Of a stretch of 20,000 nt of DNA, positions 7,571 through 15,460 are shown piece by piece. Position numbers and translations under genes: made by a program. The stretch is from Candidatus Borrarchaeum weybense (GTDB lineage Archaea > Asgardarchaeota > Sifarchaeia > Borrarchaeales > Borrarchaeaceae), in NCBI GenBank assembly GCA_019057385.1, contig JAHQJS010000005.1, positions 169,481 to 189,480 on the forward strand, written 5' to 3'. Positions within the stretch are counted from its first letter, which is position 1; every line of letters begins with the position of its first letter. The notes below the pieces were generated by a model. The model was not told the DNA's origin, searched no databases, and saw only the letters and a program-made list of their open reading frames with translations.

Positions 7571-9270
7571 AACAAATGCCAACTATTACGGTGTCCTACA
7601 ATGACCTTATTAGTCTGATTGGAAAAGAAATCCCATTAGAAACATTAGAGGATCGTTTGTTTTACATTAAAGCAGAAGTTGAAGATATCACACCCATTTA
7701 CGGGTCAAAAAATGAAGTTGTTGACCACGATCTTCAAGTTGAGATCACTTCAGACAGACCAGATCTGCTCTCAGCAAGTGGTCTCGCACGCGTCTTAAAA
7801 GGTGTTTTTGAAGTAGAAATGGGCCTCCAAAAGTTTGATGTTGAACCTTCTGGAATTCAATGCACTGTTGACTCTTCTGTACTAGATGTACGTCCCTATA
7901 TCGTTTGTGGCGTCGTAAAAAATGTTCATTTAACAGATGCCTTAGTTCGACAGTTAATGCAACTTCAGGAAAAAATTCACGATACCCACTGTCGTAGACG
8001 ACGAAAGGGCTCTATTGGACTTCACAATCTCGATGCGGTTGAGCCTCCTTTCACATACTTGGCAGAAAAACCAGAGAATATCAACTTCGTTCCACTTAAC
8101 GAGACAGAAAAAATGAATGGCTATGAAATACTAAGAGAGATTCCAAAAGGGCGGGATTATGCTCATATAATATCGGATTTCGACAGATATCCGCTTTTGG
8201 TAGATAAAAACGGTGATGTTCTCTCCCTGCCACCAATAATCAATGGCAATCTAACAAGAGTTGACATGGATACTAGAAATCTCTTTTTTGACGTGACCGG
8301 AACTGATGAATATATCATTATTTATGCTCTACACATTCTTCTTGCTGATCTTTACGATCGTGGCGCGAAAATCGAATCAGTTGAGATCCTCTATCCTGAC
8401 AAAACTCCTGAAGTCTATCCTAACTTCACACCTACTAAAATGAACTTGAGTCTACAAAACACAAATGAACTGCTTGGATTTGGCTTAAACCTAAATGATT
8501 TAACAACAATACTGAAAAAAATGCGATTTGATTCAAAAGAAATTGATGATGACACTTTAGAGGTTCTTGTGCCTGTATATCGACCAGACTTTCTTCATGA
8601 AGTTGATATAATTGAAGACGTAAGTATTGGCTATGGCTATGATATAATGGAACCTGAGCTTCCGCAATCAATGACTGTGGGCGGGGAACTTCCTTTAAGC
8701 ACATTCGAACGTAAGATTAAAGATTTGATGGTTGGAATGGGCTTTCAAGAAATTTTGAATTATGTCCTTACAAATATGCATGATCTTGAGACAATTCGTT
8801 CGTTTACTGAATCTAATGAGATAACTGAAATTGCAAACCCAGTAAGTGAAAAATATACTTTCATTCGTAATCAATTGATGCCAGGACTCATTAACTTTCT
8901 AAGTAAAAATACCCATAGTGCTTTTCCACAGAAAATCTTTGAAGTAGGTCCTGTCGGAATCCCTGATTCGTCTTTCATAAATAAAGTACGTACTGTTTCA
9001 AGAATAGCTGCAGCCATTACTGACTATGCTACAAGTTATGAGCACATTCAAGCAGTAGTGGGAGGGCTTCTCACCAACTTAGGCGTTCCATTTAAACTGA
9101 AAACTGCGGTCAATCCTTCTTTTCTTGAGGGAAGAGTTGCTGAGGTCTTTGTAAAAGGTAACAAAGTAGGTGTTTTGGGAGAACTTCATCCCGAGGTATT
9201 GCTTAAATTTAAACTAGAAAACCCCACCGCCGTTTTCGAAATTGAAGAACTCCCTCTCTTTGAAGCATAA
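7567..9270 (+). CDS. pheT: Phenylalanyl-tRNA synthetase beta subunit (archaeal/eukaryotic type)
   Basis: 567 aa; 'VEITSDRPDLLSASGLARVLKG', B5 region 'RPDFLHEVDIIEDVSIGYGYDIMEPELP', overlaps pheS by 4 nt. Confidence 0.97.
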   Translation: MKQMPTITVSYNDLISLIGKEIPLETLEDRLFYIKAEVEDITPIYGSKNEVVDHDLQVEITSDRPDLLSASGLARVLKGVFEVEMGLQKFDVEPSGIQCTVDSSVLDVRPYIVCGVVKNVHLTDALVRQLMQLQEKIHDTHCRRRRKGSIGLHNLDAVEPPFTYLAEKPENINFVPLNETEKMNGYEILREIPKGRDYAHIISDFDRYPLLVDKNGDVLSLPPIINGNLTRVDMDTRNLFFDVTGTDEYIIIYALHILLADLYDRGAKIESVEILYPDKTPEVYPNFTPTKMNLSLQNTNELLGFGLNLNDLTTILKKMRFDSKEIDDDTLEVLVPVYRPDFLHEVDIIEDVSIGYGYDIMEPELPQSMTVGGELPLSTFERKIKDLMVGMGFQEILNYVLTNMHDLETIRSFTESNEITEIANPVSEKYTFIRNQLMPGLINFLSKNTHSAFPQKIFEVGPVGIPDSSFINKVRTVSRIAAAITDYATSYEHIQAVVGGLLTNLGVPFKLKTAVNPSFLEGRVAEVFVKGNKVGVLGELHPEVLLKFKLENPTAVFEIEELPLFEA

Positions 9271-9299
9271 AAGAATAAGAATTACATTAATTAATGTTC

Positions 9300-9785
9300 T
9301 CACTTTTTTTCTTCAAGCAGCTTCCCATTTTTGTTAATTGTCCCTGCCCTAATTCGTGACGATGAGATTGGCATCCCATCTTCTGCTAATATTCGGGGAA
9401 CACTTATTATGGTTAAGGGCACAAGCCTATTTGCTTTTCTTATGTCATTGATTTCTTCTGCAGTAGGACGAGTTTCTTCAGTAACGATTATTGCCTCCAT
9501 TTCAGGTAATGTAATAGCAGGACCATATCGATCATTAAGCTTCACAATTTTGGCGCGTTGGAGAAGTCCATTATTTTGCAAATAGTTTTCCATGTTTTTA
9601 ACGCGCTGCGTATAAGATTGGACTTTTTTGGCGTTATCTTTATCGGAGAGCATTTCCTCAGAAGTAATTCCAATTAAAACATGCTCTCCGATTTTAAAAG
9701 CTTTCTGAAGAAGTGTTTTATGTCCTTTATGAATACGGTCGAAGGTCCCACCAATACCGACAAACGAATATTCTTTTTGTGGCAC
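9300..9785 (-). CDS. coaD: Archaeal phosphopantetheine adenylyltransferase (CoaD)
   Basis: 161 aa; 'VGIGGTFDRIHKGHKTLLQKAFKIGEHVLIGITS...YTQRVKNMENYL...DRYGPA...IVVTEETRP'. Confidence 0.92.
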   Translation of the reverse strand: MPQKEYSFVGIGGTFDRIHKGHKTLLQKAFKIGEHVLIGITSEEMLSDKDNAKKVQSYTQRVKNMENYLQNNGLLQRAKIVKLNDRYGPAITLPEMEAIIVTEETRPTAEEINDIRKANRLVPLTIISVPRILAEDGMPISSSRIRAGTINKNGKLLEEKK

Positions 9786-9873
9786 AGATTACCCTCAGGT
9801 TCCCTCTACATTTTTATGTGACAAACTAAAAAAATAATTGTTAGCCTCCCCACTAAAAAAACTTGTTTCGAAT

Positions 9874-10305
9874 CTACGCGCTTTGAGCGGTTTCTGTACT
9901 TTGAGGTTTAACTTCGAGGGGATTATAGGCATAAATTAAATCTATGTAAAGTGTATCTTGTCCTCCACATAGCGGACAATTTCCTAGTTTCTTGTAGACA
10001 TAATCGCCTTCCTTGAAGTCTCTAATTTCTGAGTATTCGCATCCTTCTTGTTCGCATTTTAATTGAGACACTGTATGCCACTCAATCTTTTTTGAACGTC
10101 CTCTGATCCAGAAATTAAATAACCAGATAGCTCCAAGTATTAGGAGTCCAAACAGCAATTGTGTTTGCCATTGACTCCCTTGTGGATTCTGAAAATAGCC
10201 TGTAGTTGCCGATACTATGAAATATAAGGATACTACCATTCCAATGCCTATAAGGATTAAAATTACACGCGAAACGCGTGCTTGGGGTCTTTTTTCTTCA
10301 CTCAT
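9874..10305 (-). CDS. Hypothetical membrane protein: two TM segments plus a cysteine-containing domain
   Basis: 143 aa; two hydrophobic stretches, then 'LKCEQEGCEYSEIRDF...LGNCPLCGG', a CxxxxC...CxxC pattern suggestive of metal binding. Confidence 0.7.
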   Translation of the reverse strand: MSEEKRPQARVSRVILILIGIGMVVSLYFIVSATTGYFQNPQGSQWQTQLLFGLLILGAIWLFNFWIRGRSKKIEWHTVSQLKCEQEGCEYSEIRDFKEGDYVYKKLGNCPLCGGQDTLYIDLIYAYNPLEVKPQSTETAQSA

Positions 10306-10315
10306 CTTTTCAACC

Positions 10316-11449
10316 TCATTGTCCTACTCCAAGTGTGTTTCCAATTCCTGCTACGACTATCGTATCTCCTTCGTTTGTTTGATTATTAATAATCCAATGA
10401 ATGCGTTTAATGACGTCATCTACGGACGTTGCTATTGATTTTTTCATTGAAGTCAGAGCGTCCTCGATCGATTGCTTTACTATTATTGCATCAATAGGGA
10501 TGTTGTACTTTACCCCAGATTCTTCTATTTTGTGTTTTTCGGGACCGGGATCGCCAATTGCTGCGCCGACACCTTCGATCACATCGCCGGTCACTTCGCC
10601 TTCTAACTTCAAGGCGGCATCGATCATTATTACACGAGCAACTTTCCCTTCTTTTTCCTCTATGACATTCTTTACTCCAAGTCCGGGCTTTCCAACAGTA
10701 CCTCCGGGTCCCTTAGCCTTTACAATGATGACATTGCGGTTATTTATGTTCTTTTCGACTGCAACGACCTCTTTTGCTACCTCCTTCGGTTCACCGCCTC
10801 TCATGAGTCGCGCTGCGACAAGAGGTCCTACGCCATCACCGATGGGTTTACCTTCTGCAAAGCACTTTAACGCTTCGAAATACGCCTTAGCGAAGATCAT
10901 AATTAAGGGGAGCTGCATGTAAATCTGCATGATTAAAAATGTGCTCTTAGTTTTCTTGCCAAGTAATAAGAAGTGACGTATTATTCTAAAGATAGTGAAA
11001 ACGGCTATTGTCGCCTCAATCACGTTTTCAAGTGTTTTAGAATCCGCCTCATTCGCTTTAGGTGCTACGCGAGAGACGAAATCTTCGAATCTTGACTTTC
11101 TCACATCCATCAAATGCTCTAATCGGTTTAAAACTCCTGCCGGGTCTTTATCCACAGGCATTATCATAAAGAATTCAAGGAAACCTTCTATCGTATCAAA
11201 CACTTCCTCGTCAGAAGCATCGCTAAAATTCGAGACCCGTAACTTGCAGATTACTTTGCCTTCTCGCTGCCATACATCTAACTTCATTAGTGCACGTTCA
11301 ATTTGTTTAAGCCACATGAACTGCTGAATACGCTGTCCATAAAATATTGAGAAAATGATAAAGACAAAGAATAATAAATTGAAGATAACGGCATATGGAT
11401 TACTTCCTTCCCCACCGCCACCTGTTAATAAATCTAATAACCCTTGCAT
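10316..11449 (-). CDS. DUF1512-like archaeal membrane protein
   Basis: 377 aa; 'NLLFFVFIIFSIFYGQRIQQFMWLKQIERALMKLDVW...VDKDPAGVLNRLEHLMDVRKSRFEDFV...IGDGVGPLVAARLM...GEPKEVAKEVVAVEKNINNRNVIIVKAKGPGGTVGKPG'. Confidence 0.72.
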   Translation of the reverse strand: MQGLLDLLTGGGGEGSNPYAVIFNLLFFVFIIFSIFYGQRIQQFMWLKQIERALMKLDVWQREGKVICKLRVSNFSDASDEEVFDTIEGFLEFFMIMPVDKDPAGVLNRLEHLMDVRKSRFEDFVSRVAPKANEADSKTLENVIEATIAVFTIFRIIRHFLLLGKKTKSTFLIMQIYMQLPLIMIFAKAYFEALKCFAEGKPIGDGVGPLVAARLMRGGEPKEVAKEVVAVEKNINNRNVIIVKAKGPGGTVGKPGLGVKNVIEEKEGKVARVIMIDAALKLEGEVTGDVIEGVGAAIGDPGPEKHKIEESGVKYNIPIDAIIVKQSIEDALTSMKKSIATSVDDVIKRIHWIINNQTNEGDTIVVAGIGNTLGVGQ

Positions 11450-11629
11450 TGTTTTCAGCCAGCCTCAAATACATGTATTTATCCGTTTCTGTATTCCTAA
11501 GACACTTTGCTATGCATTATCCTTTTCACTTTTAAACTATTCCGTAATGGACACAGTTGACAAGAATTCAGACAGTATTCATTGAATAGAGAGAACATCC
11601 TCTTTGGTATTGATATAAGCAGAAAAAGT

Positions 11630-11752
11630 GGACCTTCAGCATTCAGGTTTCCCATCTGCTCTCGCAAGGTAGTACTCCCACGAACGTCTCCAGACTTAAC
11701 TTCTGAGTTCGGCCGGGATCAGGTGTGGCCCTGGAGCGATGGCCGAAGATCC
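11630..11752 (-). rRNA. 5S ribosomal RNA
   Basis: Minus strand 'ggatcttcggccatcgctccagggccacacctgatcccggCCGAACtcaGAAGTTAAGtctggagacgttcgtgggagTACTaccttgcgagagcagatGGGAAAcctgaatgctgaaggtcc'. Signature 5S blocks, and the 5' and 3' termini pair. Confidence 0.93.
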
Positions 11753-11773
11753 AATATAAGGCATATCCCATCT

Positions 11774-11782
11774 ATATAAAAA
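11774..11782 (-). promoter_or_regulatory. Putative TATA box of the 5S rRNA gene
   Basis: Minus strand TTTTATATA about 26 nt upstream of the 5S 5' end. Confidence 0.55.
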
Positions 11783-11833
11783 CTTTACTACAAAGTATCA
11801 ATACGTCAATCGTTGATCTAGAAAAAGTAAAGA

Positions 11834-11853
11834 TGGTGGGGACGGAGGGATTT
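11834..11853 (-). repeat. 20-bp exact copy of the 3' end of the downstream tRNA-Trp gene (att-like)
   Basis: tggtggggacggagggattt at 11834-11853 is identical to 12723-12742. Confidence 0.85.
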
Positions 11854-11857
11854 TCAG

Positions 11858-11878
11858 AAAGAGAGACTTTCTCTCTTT
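11858..11878. repeat. Perfect 9-bp hairpin followed by a T-rich tract on the + strand
   Basis: AAAGAGAGA-ctt-TCTCTCTTT then 'tatttttatt'. Confidence 0.65.
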
Positions 11879-11893
11879 TATTTTTATTAATAA

Positions 11894-12015
11894 GTGAGCT
11901 ACCTCGTGCGAAAGCATGGAGGCTTCCTGCTTCTCAGACGGACTCGATCCCCGTCCGTGACGGGTTACGGAGGTCGTATCTCCACAGGCTTAACATCCCT
12001 ACGCCCCGTAGGTAC
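11894..12015 (-). ncRNA. TnpB-associated right-end / omegaRNA (reRNA)-like sequence, copy 2
   Basis: Same sequence family as 5769-5886: 'gtacctacggggcgtagggatgttaagcctgtggagatacgacctccgtaacccgtcacggacggggatcgagtccgtctgagaagcaggaagcctccatgctttcgcacgaggtagctcac'. Confidence 0.65.
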
Positions 12016-12296
12016 GGTAAACGATGGTGAGACCATCGGAGTATGCACCTTGTCGGCAAGTGTTCCTGTTATCCCTCCAATTGCTGTTGATATCTTTCTC
12101 ATTTCACCTATATAACTTGAGGCAGACCCCCCATTGCACATGATGCAAGTGAACATACACATCTACCGCAATTCATCACCACGCTGAAGCGCTGGTGCTT
12201 TCTTGCTTAGCTACTAGCAAAAAAAGTAAGATCAAACCTATAAAAACTTCTATTGAAAGAAAGCAAGAGTAAGATGACCCAGGAGTAGACGCCCTC

Positions 12297-12617
12297 TCAA
12301 AGTTTTGGGTCCGGGTCTTCGGTGTTTTCGCCACCTTCTTGTATCAGCAGCATCCGCATTGTTGACGATGCATGCCGGAATACCATTGCTTCTTGGTACT
12401 CAGGATCAGCTATCCAAGCCTCAACGTGAGTTTTGCTCGGAAACTCTAATATTACCATCCTATCTGTGTATGTCTCTCCTTCCAATGTAGTAACCGGTTC
12501 CCCGCGTGTGAGAAACTTCCCTTGGTACTTCTTCACTATGGGTGGTGTCCTATCCGTGTATTTACGATAGGTATCTGGATCATGGATCGCCATCATCGAA
12601 ATTACATACGCTGGCAT
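12297..12617 (-). CDS. DUF1330-like small protein
   Basis: 106 aa; 'MPAYVISMMAIHDPDTYRKYTDRTPPIVKKYQGKFLTRGEPVTTLEGETYTDRMVILEFPSKTHVEAWIADPEYQEAMVFRHASSTMRMLLIQ', matching the DUF1330 pattern (Y...y......+yGG+fl.RGg....lEG.w...R.VvleFPs...A..w..s.eYq....R...a). Confidence 0.85.
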   Translation of the reverse strand: MPAYVISMMAIHDPDTYRKYTDRTPPIVKKYQGKFLTRGEPVTTLEGETYTDRMVILEFPSKTHVEAWIADPEYQEAMVFRHASSTMRMLLIQEGGENTEDPDPKL

Positions 12618-12752
12618 TTATTACTCTCCTATGGATATTGTTGAGTTCAACTCCACCGCGTTCAAAAGATTTGAATCGGTTAAGAGAAAAATATCATCTT
12701 ACTGTATGATGATTCTTAAAAGTGGTGGGGACGGAGGGATTTGAACCCCCGA

Positions 12753-12833
12753 TTCGAAATGAGACTTCCCTAATTTTGACTGATGTTTTTTGCCTCATTC
12801 TTCCGCCAACCGTGAGAACCACGCCACGTGTTG
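12753..12833 (-). other. Predicted non-canonical intron (~81 nt) in the tRNA-Trp variable region
   Basis: 86 nt separate the anticodon stem from the T stem. Removing 81 nt leaves V-region 'TGGTC'. Flanks fit a relaxed bulge-helix-bulge (cgat/ttcg, 3 of 4 pairs). Exact ends are inferred. Confidence 0.6.
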
Positions 12834-12842
12834 CCATCGGGT

Positions 12843-12906
12843 TTCTCTGGTAAGCACAACTCCAGAAGATCTTCATCCTTCCGTCAGTTTTTGCTATTTA
12901 CAACCT
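12843..12906 (-). other. Predicted canonical-position (37/38) intron of tRNA-Trp, 64 nt
   Basis: Lies between 'tcgggctCCAg' and 'acccga'; restores a 7-nt anticodon loop CTCCAGA. Confidence 0.8.
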
Positions 12907-13084
12907 CTGGAGCCCGACGTGCTACATTACCTCATACTAACCTACCAGAGATTAATACGAACTGGCTACACTACGTCCCCAATTGCTACAATTGTAGACA
13001 CGAAATAGTGATCAGGTTTTGTTTTAAATTTTACTAAAAATGATAAATTAGTTGTTTCTCAACAAAAAAATAGCCCAGAACAGG

Positions 13085-14233
13085 TTATTCTTTTCTTATA
13101 AAACCCACAAGTTTCTTCAAATCGTCCGCAGTCGCTGATGGACCTACAAGTAATACTTTCTTGCGCCCATCCCCTCCTACATGACAATAGAGTACCATAT
13201 TTTCTGTTCCTACGATGTATATGTCGCAATCCTCTACATCACTTAAAACTAATGTATTTTTAGTTCTCTCTTTTTGTAACTCACCTTTCTGTAACAAGGT
13301 GTCTTGAAACTTTTCATCCCTGACGGCGTCTAAAAGAAACCCAATATCGCCCCAGAGACTCCCATCAACTGTGATATAGTAATATTCATTGAATCGTGAA
13401 TTAAGGTCATTTGAGAAATCTAACGGTCCAAGTGGTTGAGATTTTTTGTAAGAAAGCCGCACAACATCATCAGCATCATCACCTTCGCTAACAGCCTCTT
13501 TTATAGCCTGTGTTAGTTTATCTAACACAACATCACCTGAGAAGGCCCTTAACCATGCAAAAATCGTTCCGCTCCAAATCATGGTGTTAATTCCAAAAAC
13601 CACATCTGCACCAACTTTTTCTAATGTGCTTGCATCCGGTTTCTCACGAAATTGAACGCATTCCAAAAGGGGGTATTCGCCCTCTTCTAAGAGAATACAT
13701 TCAGCAATACCCATTTGTGTCGGATCGTGATGATCCTGGACTGAGGCTTGCAAACCTATAATTTTTTCTGGATGTTCCAACGTCTTATTTAAGAGGACAA
13801 GTTCAGCATTGATGAATGCATCTGCTTTATCATGATCACACGGCATAAAGATTAGGAGAATTTCTTCTGCACAATCCTCGTTGATCCATCCCGCATTCTT
13901 GCATTTCTTACATTGATTCACATGGGAGTAAATTATTCGTGCAATTGCAGCTGGAAACATATGTCCATTAGAACGGACATAAGGAGGCTCTTTAAGGACT
14001 ATATCGATTTTAGCCTCTTTAATCCACGATTGCATTGCATCATCCTCTTTGATGGCGAGTATAACTTGTAGAGGTGTCCGTTCTCGAACACGCAGAACAT
14101 CGGCCAGCAATATCCTAGTTTTATCTCGTTTTATCTTCAATAAGTGCTTAGGAAATCCTCCAAATCGCGTTGCTCGTCCCCCAGCCGATGTTAAAAGATA
14201 TTTCTCTGTGTGATGGATTTTATCCTGTGCCAT
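13085..14233 (-). CDS. Sugar-phosphate nucleotidyltransferase (mannose-1-phosphate guanylyltransferase-like)
   Basis: 382 aa; N-terminal 'LLTSAGGRATRFGGFPKHLLKI' NTP-transferase-like signature, 'LLIFMPCDHDKADAFI', 'FREKPDASTLEKVGADVVFGINTMIWSGTIFAWLR'. Confidence 0.72.
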   Translation of the reverse strand: MAQDKIHHTEKYLLTSAGGRATRFGGFPKHLLKIKRDKTRILLADVLRVRERTPLQVILAIKEDDAMQSWIKEAKIDIVLKEPPYVRSNGHMFPAAIARIIYSHVNQCKKCKNAGWINEDCAEEILLIFMPCDHDKADAFINAELVLLNKTLEHPEKIIGLQASVQDHHDPTQMGIAECILLEEGEYPLLECVQFREKPDASTLEKVGADVVFGINTMIWSGTIFAWLRAFSGDVVLDKLTQAIKEAVSEGDDADDVVRLSYKKSQPLGPLDFSNDLNSRFNEYYYITVDGSLWGDIGFLLDAVRDEKFQDTLLQKGELQKERTKNTLVLSDVEDCDIYIVGTENMVLYCHVGGDGRKKVLLVGPSATADDLKKLVGFIRKE

Positions 14234-14407
14234 TGCGTTCTCCTCATTTTACTCTTCAGACATCTCATCTGAACACCATGATTTTGGAAATGTCTCTTCA
14301 TTTCTACATTAAGTCAGGTTACAAATAAAAAAGTTAACTTCGATATCGAGAACTTCGCTCAGAATTATTATGAGCACCTTTTAATCCATGTAGTTATCTG
14401 AGCAATT

Positions 14408-14953
14408 TTAATTTATAAAGAAGTTCGTTTGATAGATATTTCCTGTGGCTGAGTAAATAGTGACCCTTACAGAACTATCTGTAAGAAAATAGTCTCCAGA
14501 TCCTTCACAATACAACTTAAAGCTAACGAAAATACGAGATGCAGGGATCGTCACCCCTAAATCATTCCCTTTAGGATTAAGTAAAGTCTCATCATCATTT
14601 AGATATACAGCTACTTTCCAGTTGTTATCCGTTCCAGATGTCCAAATTCTACCATCATTTTCTACTTCTAGATGTGTCAAAGTAATTTCTGTACCCCCTG
14701 TATTAGTAACAACAAAACTCATAGCATAATCCTGTGATGCACCTCCTGGTGCAACCGAGAACTTATTGGCTCTGTCTCCATCTCTCGCATGATATTGAAA
14801 ACCGCCAATCGCAATAGCTTCTTGCTGGCTTGCCACATAAAGAAATGCAAAACTAAAAAACATTATCACGGAGACTAATATTCCCAGAAATAAAATATAT
14901 GGAGTTTTAGCTTTGAGTTTATACACGACCCAGCCCTCTTTTCCCAAAGTCAA
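14408..14953 (-). CDS. Hypothetical membrane-anchored extracellular protein
   Basis: 181 aa; one N-terminal TM segment 'TPYILFLGILVSVIMFFSFAFLYVASQ', followed by a polar beta-rich-looking domain 'DYAMSFVVTNTGGTEITLTHLEVENDG'. Confidence 0.65.
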   Translation of the reverse strand: MTLGKEGWVVYKLKAKTPYILFLGILVSVIMFFSFAFLYVASQQEAIAIGGFQYHARDGDRANKFSVAPGGASQDYAMSFVVTNTGGTEITLTHLEVENDGRIWTSGTDNNWKVAVYLNDDETLLNPKGNDLGVTIPASRIFVSFKLYCEGSGDYFLTDSSVRVTIYSATGNIYQTNFFIN

Positions 14954-15131
14954 TTAACTTGATATCATTTTTTTCAAGTGAGTGGCTCTCAATATTAAAT
15001 GGAACAAATGGAACATATAGATTAAATGAATATAAGAAGCATATAGATCCAAGCTTCATGGATTCAGGGTTCACCATAAAGGTTAAAAAAATAAAAAACA
15101 AATCAAATAAAAAGCAATGCCACCAATAAGA

Positions 15132-15234
15132 GCCGCCGTAGCTCAGCTGGTAGAGCGTTGGACTTGTAATCCAATGACAGTTCTGCTATTCGCATAACTG
15201 GTGGAAGTCGAGGGTTCAAATCCCTCCGGCGGCT
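15132..15234 (+). tRNA. tRNA-Thr(TGT) with a 30-nt intron in the variable region
   Basis: Acceptor gccgccg/cggcggc, D-arm gctcagctggtagagc, anticodon arm ttgga-ctTGTaa-tccaa, T-arm gaggg-ttcaaat-ccctc. Removal of 15177-15206 gives a 73-nt tRNA with V-region TGGTC. Confidence 0.95.
15177..15206 (+). other. Non-canonical tRNA-Thr intron, 30 nt, variable region
   Basis: acagttctgctattcgcataactggtggaa; internal cagtt/aactg stem, relaxed BHB: ccaa + bulge tg^a, gtgg + bulge aa^g (3 of 4 central pairs). Confidence 0.8.
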
Positions 15235-15314
15235 TCATATACTGTCTCACATCCCAAAAGACAGTTTATTTAATGTGGGCGGGTGGTCTAGCATGGTATG
15301 ATTCCGGATTTGGG

Positions 15315-15343
15315 TGCCCTCCTCTTAATGAGGAGACAAAAAC
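15315..15343 (+). other. tRNA-Pro intron 1, canonical position 37/38, 29 nt
   Basis: Removal restores the 7-nt loop TTTGGGA; internal stem ctcct/aggag. Confidence 0.85.
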
Positions 15344-15351
15344 ATCCGGAG

Positions 15352-15415
15352 TTCTGCTTGGGTAACCCCAGCACGATACGGAATGACTCTACACGCGCGC
15401 TGTGGTGTCCCGTTT
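15352..15415 (+). other. tRNA-Pro intron 2, variable region, ~64 nt (ends approximate)
   Basis: 69 nt separate the anticodon stem from the T stem. Best relaxed-BHB placement leaves V-region AGGCC (3 of 4 central pairs). Confidence 0.6.
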
Positions 15416-15429
15416 GCCGGGAGTTCGAA

Positions 15430-15460
15430 GGAATAGAGAGAAACCCTCTCTTTCTGAAAA
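15430..15460 (+). other. tRNA-Pro intron 3, T-loop position 59/60, 31 nt
   Basis: Full BHB read directly: outer gggag/ctccc, central ttcg/tgaa (with G-U), bulges aa^g and aa^t, inner gaa/ttc and agagag/ctctct. Excision restores T-loop TTCGAAT. Confidence 0.88.

Larger units (their letters stand above)
12723..12980 (-). tRNA. tRNA-Trp(CCA), encoded CCA end, with insertions in the D-arm region, at 37/38 and in the variable region
   Basis: Acceptor ggggacg (12980-12974)/cgtcccc (12733-12727), discriminator A, CCA. T-arm ggggg-ttcaaat-ccctc. Anticodon stem tcggg (12917-12913)/cccga (12841-12837) with loop ctCCAg...a. D-stem gtgt/gcac. Anticodon at 12910-12908. Confidence 0.85.

Noticed and set aside
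10401-11327. ORFs 10401..10922 and 10995..11327 on the + strand
   Set aside because: They are complementary to the DUF1512-like CDS, Ser/Ile/Thr-rich with no recognisable domains. Treated as antisense artefacts.
12297-12617. DUF1330-like ORF as a toxin or defence effector in the att-bracketed island
   Set aside because: The protein closely fits an ordinary DUF1330-type small protein. The island context alone does not support a defence role.
12694-13037. Short ORFs 12694..12876, 12790..13008 and 12828..13037
   Set aside because: They overlap the intron-containing tRNA-Trp locus, whose stems and loops account for the sequence.
14408-14953. Archaellin or type IV pilin
   Set aside because: There is an N-terminal TM segment and a beta-like domain, but I see no clear class III signal peptide processing motif, so it was left as hypothetical.
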